From: Enterobacterales bacterium
Lineage (GTDB): Bacteria; Pseudomonadota; Gammaproteobacteria; Enterobacterales; Permianibacteraceae
Reading direction: 5' to 3'
Assembly: GCA_041914905.1 (NCBI GenBank)
Contig: JAYSCL010000001.1
Location: forward strand, 43,917 to 107,916
Length of the DNA: 64,000 nt
Shown: piece by piece, positions 1-9,886 of the stretch
How positions within the stretch are numbered: position 1 is the stretch's first letter
Layout: every line of letters starts with the position of its first letter
Position numbers and translations under genes: made by a program
The notes under the pieces: model-generated
What the model was told of the DNA's origin: nothing
Database searches by the model: none
The model's input: only the letters and a program-made list of their open reading frames with translations

Positions 1-2312
1 GCACATTCGAAACGTTTATCGATGCCAGCACGGGTCATGTGCTGAAAATCAAACAAATTGACACGCCCAATAAGACATCACGTCTGGCCGGAAAATGGAT
101 CAGTGCCGGCACCAAACAATCACCCGCGTTTGCACAGGCGTTGCGTGCGTTTGAGCAGCGCTCAGCTCAGAATAAAACCGCTGTAAATGGCTTCAAAGCC
201 GATGCCAGCGCGCAAGTATTTGATCCGGATCCGCGCACGACATTAAACGATGGCAGTTTGGTCGATACGTCGACCGCCGGATCGTTCAATGCCGCGTATT
301 TAACCCGCACGCTGCGCGACGTGACGTTTGCAGGCGGCACCTACAGTTTGACCGGCCCGTGGGTCACCATTGCGGATATTTCCGCCCCCACTACCGCCCC
401 CAGTACGACGACTGACGGGCAATGGAATTTTGCACGCGGTAACAATGCGTTTAATGACGCGATGACGTATTTCCACATCGATCAATCTCAGCGCTATATG
501 CAATCACTGGGATTTACCGGCAGCAAAGCGATTCAAGACGGTTCCATTCAAGTTGATAGCGACGGCGTCGATGGCGGTGACAATTCCTTCTTCTCACCCG
601 CCGATAATCACCTCGAATTTGGTCACGGCGGTGTCGATGACAATGAAGATGCCGACGTGATCCTGCATGAGTACGGCCATGCCATTCAGTGGGATATCAA
701 TAACAACTGGGATGGTGGTGACACCGGCGCCATGGGCGAAGGGTTTGGCGATTATTGGGCCGGCTCGTACAGCTACAGCACGCCGAATGGTCAGATCTTC
801 AATCCTGCCTGGGTCTTTACCTGGGATGGTCACAACAGTTTCTGGCCAGGTCGTCAAATGGATCGCACCGATTTCCAATACGACCCCAACGCAACCTATG
901 GCGCGCATGACGAAGTCGGTGGTGTGCTCGGTGACGAACTGTGGTCAACACCGTTATTTCAATCACTGGTTTCATTGATGGCGGCGGGCGTGCCGCGTTC
1001 GCAAGTCGATCAAATTGTGTTGGAATCCCATTTCGGTTTGGGCACCGGCATGCGTATGCCGGAAATGGCGCAAGCGACGGTGGACGCCGCAGCCGCTTTG
1101 TTCCCTAGCGGTGATCACGCCAATGTTTTTCTCAGCAAGTTTGTTGAAGTCAATATTTTGCAAGACGGGCTTGCGCTTGGTGAGGTCAGTTTTACTGAAA
1201 CCGAAGGCGACGGTGTAGCGGATCCCGGCGAAACCCTGTCGCTTACGCTACCGCTGAAAAACAACAACAATGTCACCGCAACCGCCATCAATGGCTCGCT
1301 GAGCACAACAACCGCCGGTGTGACGGTGCCCGTTAATGCCAGTAGCTATGCCAATTTGGCGCCCGCTGCCACAGGCAACAACAGTACCGCCTATACGGTT
1401 GCGATCCCGGAAGCCCATGTCTGCGGCACCCCCATCGCGTTGCATTTGCAGGCCAATTACTCCACTGGCAGCAATCGTTCCGATGGCTTTGATTTTGAAA
1501 TTCCGGTCGGTGAACGCGAGTTGAGCAGCGTGACATCGTCCACTCCCGTCGCGATTCCGGACGATAATCCGACCGGAGCCACCGCTACCTTGGTCGTCAG
1601 CGGTACCGGTCGCACGGTCTCTTCCGGCTTTAAACTTGGCGTCAATATTTCGCATACCTATCGTGGCGATTTGCAGCTCGATCTGACGTCACCGGCCGGT
1701 ACGACGGTACGCGTACTCGAATCAAGCAACGACGGTAGCGAAGATTATATCGGCGATTTTCCTGGTGATTTCGAGCCTGCCAATTCATTGGATGCCTTCG
1801 TCGGCGAACCACTTGATGGCACCTGGTCACTCAAAGTGGTGGATACCGTCGGCGAAGATGTCGGCACATTGAACGCTTGGTCCCTGCGTAATTACGGACC
1901 TTGGGACTGCGGTGAAACTGCGAGCAATACGGCGCCAGTCGCTGCCGTCGCTAACGGAACCATAACAACAACGGCAGGCAATTCAGTTTCGTTGAACGGG
2001 TCCAGCAGCACCGACGCCGATGGTGATACCTTGAGTTTCGCTTGGACTCAAACCAGCGGCACAATCGTGACGTTGAACAATGCCAACACGGCCACGGCCA
2101 CGTTCACGGCTCCCAATGTCAGCAGCGCCGCCACTCTACAATTTTTGTTGACGGTATCCGATGGCAATGGTGGTACCGACACTGAAACGGTTAGCGTTAC
2201 GGTTAACCCCAGCGCCGGTAATGGAGGCGGTGGAGGCGGCAGCGGTTCGTTCACGTGGTTCGGTGCCGCGTTTTTGGCATGGGCAGCAACCCGTCGTCGC
2301 CACAAGCGCTAA
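1..2312 (+). CDS. Secreted zinc metalloprotease, 5' end truncated by the window. It has an HEXXH zincin core, a proprotein-convertase P-domain, a PKD domain and a GlyGly-CTERM-like sorting tail.
   Basis: The reading frame is open upstream of position 39 back to the window edge. The zincin motif is HEYGHAIQ followed by GEGFGDYWA, giving an M6/M36-like HEXXH...E arrangement. A P-domain-like block reads YRGDLQLDLTSPAGTTVRVLE...GTWSLKVVD. A PKD-like block reads SVSLNGSSSTDADGDTLSFAWTQTSG. The C-terminus GGGGGGSGSFTWFGAAFLAWAATRRRHKR is Gly-rich, then a TM helix, then basic residues. Confidence 0.7.
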   Translation, partial: TFETFIDASTGHVLKIKQIDTPNKTSRLAGKWISAGTKQSPAFAQALRAFEQRSAQNKTAVNGFKADASAQVFDPDPRTTLNDGSLVDTSTAGSFNAAYLTRTLRDVTFAGGTYSLTGPWVTIADISAPTTAPSTTTDGQWNFARGNNAFNDAMTYFHIDQSQRYMQSLGFTGSKAIQDGSIQVDSDGVDGGDNSFFSPADNHLEFGHGGVDDNEDADVILHEYGHAIQWDINNNWDGGDTGAMGEGFGDYWAGSYSYSTPNGQIFNPAWVFTWDGHNSFWPGRQMDRTDFQYDPNATYGAHDEVGGVLGDELWSTPLFQSLVSLMAAGVPRSQVDQIVLESHFGLGTGMRMPEMAQATVDAAAALFPSGDHANVFLSKFVEVNILQDGLALGEVSFTETEGDGVADPGETLSLTLPLKNNNNVTATAINGSLSTTTAGVTVPVNASSYANLAPAATGNNSTAYTVAIPEAHVCGTPIALHLQANYSTGSNRSDGFDFEIPVGERELSSVTSSTPVAIPDDNPTGATATLVVSGTGRTVSSGFKLGVNISHTYRGDLQLDLTSPAGTTVRVLESSNDGSEDYIGDFPGDFEPANSLDAFVGEPLDGTWSLKVVDTVGEDVGTLNAWSLRNYGPWDCGETASNTAPVAAVANGTITTTAGNSVSLNGSSSTDADGDTLSFAWTQTSGTIVTLNNANTATATFTAPNVSSAATLQFLLTVSDGNGGTDTETVSVTVNPSAGNGGGGGGSGSFTWFGAAFLAWAATRRRHKR

Positions 2313-2330
2313 GGGTGTTCTATTTGCATT

Positions 2331-2366
2331 GAAAAATCCCCGCTGAATGGCGGGGATTTTTTTTAC
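2331..2366. terminator. Bidirectional rho-independent terminator between the convergent protease and icd genes.
   Basis: An ATCCCCGC-TGAATG-GCGGGGAT hairpin is followed by a T-run on the plus strand and by an A-run (T-run on the minus strand) on the other side. Confidence 0.6.
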
Positions 2367-2370
2367 TGGT

Positions 2371-4599
<2,229 letters not shown>

Positions 4600-5060
4600 T
4601 TAGGGGATGCAAGCGGGGGAAATCGGCGGCAAATCGTGACGGAACACGCGCCTTGAACGGATGCTATAGATTTTATCTGGGATTTCTAAAACCGGGGCAT
4701 TTTCTGCGCGGGGTTTTGACGCAGATTCTGGTTTTTACCAGCCAAGCTTGTTGACCGGCAAACAACTAACGGTCAACGCGCAGACGAGAAAGCACCTCGC
4801 GTAACCTCGTAATTGGTCACGAAATAAGCTTCTGAAAAGTTAACAATCAACAGGCATCCCCTGTTTTTCGCTCCCAACGATGATCCTTTTGCGCCGCCAA
4901 ATAAACAGGCATTTTTCTGCTGTTGCGCACTAGATTGTTGAGTCTAAACGTATGTCGCTATGATGCGTAACCAATCTGTAAGTTCACTCAAAGCGGTGTT
5001 TACAAATTTCGGCATCACACGATGACAAATCTTGGCGCACTTTATTGGCGAGTATCAGGA

Positions 5061-6641
5061 ATGATCAGAACTATTTTCATTGTCACTTTAGTGATAGTAC
5101 TGTTGGGTGCCTGCAGTGACGGTACACAACAAGAAGCAGGCGCCGTCCAAGACCTTCCGCCATCGGAAGCTACTGCGAATCAAGTCATCGAAAGTTCCAC
5201 CGTGGATTTTGTCGAATCGCCCTATGACGAAACAGAGCTAAGTTCATCCATTGCCGACACGATAGAGCGATTGAACGAAGCTCACTTTGAGACAGTGCGA
5301 TCTGGATGGGATTTTGACTATGGCTTTAACTCAGAAAGTGGGCTTCTCAACACATACGAGTATTTGCACACGCTCACAAGTTTCGAGAAATTGAATTCCA
5401 TATTGCCGGTCCCAATTTTTGTGAGCGGGCCACATAAAAACAACTCACTGGATCTTGAAAATGCCTACGAGTTTGGCCATTACAACCCTGAATTCGTTAG
5501 CTTGTTTCGTGAAGCTATACGAAACGTTGTTCAACACAGTGACTTTGTGTCCCGCACCCGTGATGATGTTATCCGCTTTGGAGTTCTTCAAAAGCTGAAG
5601 AACCTTGAACAAATACACGACTACATCGAGTCCAACCGTGACGAATTTATGGGCTTTAAGACAAGGTATGAACGCCAGATTCGTGAAAAAACCTGGCGCA
5701 AAGAAGCTTACCGAGACTATCTCCCGGCGGAGCTAAAAACAGAACCGTATTGGAACTGGTCTGAGTCGGTGTACTACTTCTGGATTCGACGCGAAATTGA
5801 TGGCACAAGGGCACTGTGGAATTCAACCATTGTTGACATACTGACCGCTTACGATCGCGACACATCGCTAACAACTCCCCCTCTGGAAGATAGGCCATAT
5901 GCCGCGCGATTTAATGAGCTTTTGGATGCGAAATTCGATCCCGCCGAAAAAGTTGAACCAGCAAAAATGGCTGAGTTATTGGCAAGTGTCGGCGAAAAAG
6001 GTCACCTCGATTCACTTGATGAATGCGACCGCAATTCTGCTGACGTGCTTGCCCCCTTGGCTGAGCAACGTTATGGAATATTGGTTCCTGGAAGTCCTCA
6101 GCAAAGACTGGTTGCGATTTACTTTCAACGGTGCAGCCAACCTTATTGGTTTCGTGAAAGTCACTTGCAACTGTATGAAAATGACAAAGTGATCGCCTCA
6201 GGCAAGATCGATTGCATGGACAGATTTTTTCTGGTGCCACACCCGAGCTCCGCCAAGAACCAGGCCATTCTCGGCATTTGTGGCGGCTCAAAGCATGGGT
6301 ATACATCTACGAAAGCTGTGCTTTTCGAAGTCAGCGGCAATGGGTTTATTCAAATCGGGGATTTCGGCAAGGTTTACGGCGCAAACTGCGGAACTTCCGA
6401 GTCTGTTGCAATTAGTGTATTTGCTGTCGTTACGTTCGAGTCCAATAACGGCTACACGGTACGAACCTACAAAAGTCCTTGCGCGGACTCTTACACCGCG
6501 AGTTTTCTGCATACTGGTTGGCCAACAGATGCGGACTATAACTCGCCTTTGCCTGGCGCAAACCCCCTTGACGAAAGTGCTGAGGCCGAATTGCAGGAAG
6601 CGGTTGCTAATGAAACCAACGATGCCACTCAGGTTCCTTAG
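5061..6641 (+). CDS. Hypothetical lipoprotein with no recognisable domain. An alternative start lies at 5022.
   Basis: The signal peptide MIRTIFIVTLVIVLLGAC carries a lipobox (LGAC-S). The long ORF is visibly more AT-rich than its neighbours. Confidence 0.45.
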   Translation: MIRTIFIVTLVIVLLGACSDGTQQEAGAVQDLPPSEATANQVIESSTVDFVESPYDETELSSSIADTIERLNEAHFETVRSGWDFDYGFNSESGLLNTYEYLHTLTSFEKLNSILPVPIFVSGPHKNNSLDLENAYEFGHYNPEFVSLFREAIRNVVQHSDFVSRTRDDVIRFGVLQKLKNLEQIHDYIESNRDEFMGFKTRYERQIREKTWRKEAYRDYLPAELKTEPYWNWSESVYYFWIRREIDGTRALWNSTIVDILTAYDRDTSLTTPPLEDRPYAARFNELLDAKFDPAEKVEPAKMAELLASVGEKGHLDSLDECDRNSADVLAPLAEQRYGILVPGSPQQRLVAIYFQRCSQPYWFRESHLQLYENDKVIASGKIDCMDRFFLVPHPSSAKNQAILGICGGSKHGYTSTKAVLFEVSGNGFIQIGDFGKVYGANCGTSESVAISVFAVVTFESNNGYTVRTYKSPCADSYTASFLHTGWPTDADYNSPLPGANPLDESAEAELQEAVANETNDATQVP

Positions 6642-6678
6642 GAATTTGCGACCTTGTAGTTTGTACAAAGCAAGGTAT

Positions 6679-7143
6679 TTAAGCCGGCTTATTCACCATC
6701 AACCAGTAAACGAACACGAGTGCGCTGAAGGCCGGTACACCGAGCACAATCCAATATTTTTCGTAACGCCAGTAACGCGCAGGTAAAGGTTGATGGTGTT
6801 GCTGCGCATACTGAGCCATGTCTCGCATACGTAGTTGCAAAACCACTACCGGTAACCAGCACAATCCGGCGAGCGTGTACAACAGTAGCGACATCACGAT
6901 CCACCGTTGTTGCCAATCAAACCCCGCTATCGCGATCAACATACAACCGGTGACCGGTTGTGCGATCACAGTCGGTGTTGTGAACCACCAATCCGCGCGC
7001 ACCACCCATTTAGCGACTTCAGCGATGACTTCTGTTTTGCCACTGCGATTGGCGACAAAAAAGTAAAACGCCGTGCCTAGTCCAGTGCCAAATAAAATGG
7101 TGGATGACAAAATGTGCAACCATTTGATCGTCAGATAATCCAT
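6679..7143 (-). CDS. Small integral membrane protein (DUF2269-like), last gene of the GbsR-regulated operon.
   Basis: It has four predicted TM helices. The ORF is contiguous with the upstream gene (stop at 7144, start at 7143). Confidence 0.5.
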   Translation of the reverse strand: MDYLTIKWLHILSSTILFGTGLGTAFYFFVANRSGKTEVIAEVAKWVVRADWWFTTPTVIAQPVTGCMLIAIAGFDWQQRWIVMSLLLYTLAGLCWLPVVVLQLRMRDMAQYAQQHHQPLPARYWRYEKYWIVLGVPAFSALVFVYWLMVNKPA

Positions 7144-8397
7144 TTAACGCTCCTGTGAATTATTGTCGCGTAGCAACTGAACCAATAGCCACAACACCGC
7201 CAGATTTTTGCTCAGTGCACCATAGGGGTGTAGCCACCAAATCGGATCAAATAGGGAGATCAACACGGTGTAGATCACAATAACGCCAATCTGCAGTTGC
7301 CATAAGCGGCGACACGGCCAACACCATGTCAACACACCCAACACCGCGTCCAGCGCCGCACCGGCAAAAATGGCGATCATTTGCAGGTTTTCGGATAACG
7401 GTAACGCCCGGATAAGCGTCTGCGATTGCTCGAAATTGATTACCGACACCAACGCCGTAAAAAGCCAGATGAAGCTCAGCACAATGCGCGTTACAAAGTC
7501 CGAAAATTGCCGTTGCCAAAACGCCGCCATGCGGTTCGACACAAATTGATCCGGTGATTTTTCGCCAACAAGTTTTTTAATGTGTGAATCTTCGCTGGCG
7601 ATATTGTCGTGCTGCATCAAATCGAGACTTTGTGTGGTGAACAGTGATAGCACAACGCGCGGTTTTATTTTCAGTAGCACGTAAAACCAAGCCGCCGGAA
7701 CTGAAAGTAGAATTGCGTTTTTACCGAGTAATTGCCGGCGCAATCCATTCAAGTAGTCAGCAAAAGTGAGTGTCTTCGGCCCCACCATTTCGACAATTTT
7801 CGCAGCTGGTACGGGCTCCACTTTATTGATTAAACGGCACACGTGTGCCACCAGATCATCCATGTGGATCGGCTGAATCAGCGCATCGGTTTTTGGCAGG
7901 ATCAGCAACGGTGATAATGCCAAAGAACAGAAAAACTGTGTGCTGCGGCCGCGTTCGGCAAAGACCAGCGAAGGCCGCACTATGCAAGCATCGAAATCAC
8001 GTGTTTGCAATTGCTGATCGGCCCAGCCTTTACTGCGTGCATAATAGTTGTTCGCCCGATGATGCGCCCCCAACGCCGAAAAGTGCAGCAAGCGACTTTT
8101 GGTTTGTTCACAGACCGAAAAAACTTTTTGCGCCGCTTGTTGGTGAATCGCCAAAAACGTTTGGCCGGGATGTTCATCAAAAATGCCAACACACATAACG
8201 ACACAATCGTGTTCTAAGCACAGCGCACGCAAATCACTGTCGGGCATTGTCAGCAGATCGGCGGCGTACCAATCAATTTGGCCAAGACGACGGTCAGGGT
8301 GACGACAAAGTCCCGTTACTTGATGATGTTGAGCAAGCAATGCCAGCGCAAGGTGACGACCGATCAGACCGCTGGCACCAAGAATTAAAATTCTCAT
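7144..8397 (-). CDS. Protein with an NAD(P)-binding epimerase/dehydratase-family (SDR-like) N-terminal domain fused to a C-terminal multi-TM domain.
   Basis: It contains a Rossmann motif MRILILGASGLIGRHLA. The C-terminal 130 aa are hydrophobic. Its start ATG at 8397 abuts the stop of the upstream gene at 8394. Confidence 0.6.
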   Translation of the reverse strand: MRILILGASGLIGRHLALALLAQHHQVTGLCRHPDRRLGQIDWYAADLLTMPDSDLRALCLEHDCVVMCVGIFDEHPGQTFLAIHQQAAQKVFSVCEQTKSRLLHFSALGAHHRANNYYARSKGWADQQLQTRDFDACIVRPSLVFAERGRSTQFFCSLALSPLLILPKTDALIQPIHMDDLVAHVCRLINKVEPVPAAKIVEMVGPKTLTFADYLNGLRRQLLGKNAILLSVPAAWFYVLLKIKPRVVLSLFTTQSLDLMQHDNIASEDSHIKKLVGEKSPDQFVSNRMAAFWQRQFSDFVTRIVLSFIWLFTALVSVINFEQSQTLIRALPLSENLQMIAIFAGAALDAVLGVLTWCWPCRRLWQLQIGVIVIYTVLISLFDPIWWLHPYGALSKNLAVLWLLVQLLRDNNSQER

Positions 8398-8795
8398 ACT
8401 AACCTCGCGGCTTTTTGTGCCGGCTCGACAAACGATTTCCACACAAGGCGCGCCAACACCAGCAACGCTAACGAATGCCCGATCAGTATTGGTGCAATCA
8501 CAGACTTAATCGCTCGCACAAAACTGTAACCCGGCTCAAAATCACCAAAGCTGATCACCAGTAGCAGCGGCGCCATAACCAGCAGCAGATTCAAAATTCG
8601 CAACCAGAACTCGCCCCCGTATTGTGGGCAAGCGTTGTTAACCAAACCGGCTAAAACCTTTTTGAGATAGCGGATCACAAGCAGGCTGGTCGATATCGAT
8701 AGCAGCATTGCCAACAAAAGCAGCAGCAGATCGCTCATTGTGTTTCCCCTTGTTTCACCAGCGGCCAACAATGTGATGGTTGATTCATTCATCGC
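8394..8795 (-). CDS. Small membrane protein, hypothetical. The start is uncertain.
   Basis: It has hydrophobic segments. It is placed between the DCC gene and the SDR-fusion gene in the same orientation. Confidence 0.4.
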   Translation of the reverse strand, partial: AMNESTITLLAAGETRGNTMSDLLLLLLAMLLSISTSLLVIRYLKKVLAGLVNNACPQYGGEFWLRILNLLLVMAPLLLVISFGDFEPGYSFVRAIKSVIAPILIGHSLALLVLARLVWKSFVEPAQKAARLV

Positions 8796-8836
8796 GTTTT
8801 TCCTTATTTCTGTATAAACAGAAATCAATGGGTAAA

Positions 8837-9226
8837 TTAATAGCGGTTTTGACAGTAAGTCGACGAACAGCCGTAACCAAGCCAGCGACTGATGCGATTG
8901 CGATGGCGCGCAAATAAGCGGTAACTGTTTTGCCACAACGGACGCAGCAGCCGAATTTTAAGCGGCCAGATCAAATAGGCTTTGCCGACCAATTCGTAAG
9001 CTGCCGTGATTGCGTCAATACCGATTAACCACGCACCGTTTGCAGTTCTCGCGTGCAATTGCTGATCCACATCTTCAAAGCGTAATCCGAGGGTTTTGGC
9101 GTCGAACGTCGCCGAACGTATATCGATATAACCAAGTTTTTGACACCTGTCCCAGCGTGCCAGTCGCCGCATTTCTGCCGCACACAATGGGCAGGCGCTA
9201 TCAAATAGCAAAGTTAACTCGCTCAT
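8837..9226 (-). CDS. DCC-family thiol-disulfide oxidoreductase (DUF393).
   Basis: The N-terminal D-x-x-C-P-L-C motif (FDSACPLCAAEMRRL) and a length of ~130 aa match this family. Confidence 0.6.
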   Translation of the reverse strand: MSELTLLFDSACPLCAAEMRRLARWDRCQKLGYIDIRSATFDAKTLGLRFEDVDQQLHARTANGAWLIGIDAITAAYELVGKAYLIWPLKIRLLRPLWQNSYRLFARHRNRISRWLGYGCSSTYCQNRY

Positions 9227-9229
9227 GAT

Positions 9230-9772
9230 TTACTCCTTTTTGCTGTCAGTGGCGGCTGGCAATAGACGCGCAAGCGAACCGCCCATTGCCATCATGCGTT
9301 TTAAGGTGGCGGGGCTTAAGTGTTTGAAATCGTCGTACGCGCTCATCAACACCTCCATGAAGTCGAGCACCTCGGCCATGCGTTGTTTGGTCGCTGCCGC
9401 CAGCTGCGGATCGTTGTCGGCTTCCAATGCGCATTCGCGCAAAACCGATAAGGTTGGATCGAGCTCACGTTTTTTGCGCTCTTCCATAATGATGCGAAAG
9501 ATGTCCCAGGGATCTTGGTGCGCGACAAAGTGGTCGCGTCGATCGCCTAGCACATGGCTGATTTTGATCAGGCCCCAGCTTTGTAGTTCTTTTAGACTGG
9601 TGCTGACATTGGAACGGGCGACATTCAAGGTTTCAGCAATACTTTCGGCATTGAGGGGCTGATTGCTCAAAAACAGCAGTGCGTGGATCTGCGCGACGGT
9701 GCGGTTAACACCCCAGCGCGTACCCATTTCGCCCCAATGCAGGATGTATTTTTGTTCGGTTGGGCTAAGCAT
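9230..9772 (-). CDS. GbsR/MarR-family HTH transcriptional regulator.
   Basis: It has a YILHWGEMGTRWGVNRTVAQIHALLFLS winged-helix block typical of the GbsR family. It is the first gene of the minus-strand operon. Confidence 0.7.
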   Translation of the reverse strand: MLSPTEQKYILHWGEMGTRWGVNRTVAQIHALLFLSNQPLNAESIAETLNVARSNVSTSLKELQSWGLIKISHVLGDRRDHFVAHQDPWDIFRIIMEERKKRELDPTLSVLRECALEADNDPQLAAATKQRMAEVLDFMEVLMSAYDDFKHLSPATLKRMMAMGGSLARLLPAATDSKKE

Positions 9773-9886
9773 CAGGCAATGTCTCTAATTTCTGTCGTTA
9801 CAGAAATTAGAGACCAAAGCAGAGATGAAGTCAAGCGACTTTCAATCTGAGCCGGCTTACCGATACGGCGTTTGCCCCAGTTTCCA

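Noticed and set aside
300-2305. Numerous 60-135-aa ORFs in alternative frames or antisense within the protease gene (for example 300-503 and 1248-1655).
   Set aside because: They are embedded in a long, well-supported CDS. High-GC coding DNA produces such shadow ORFs by chance.
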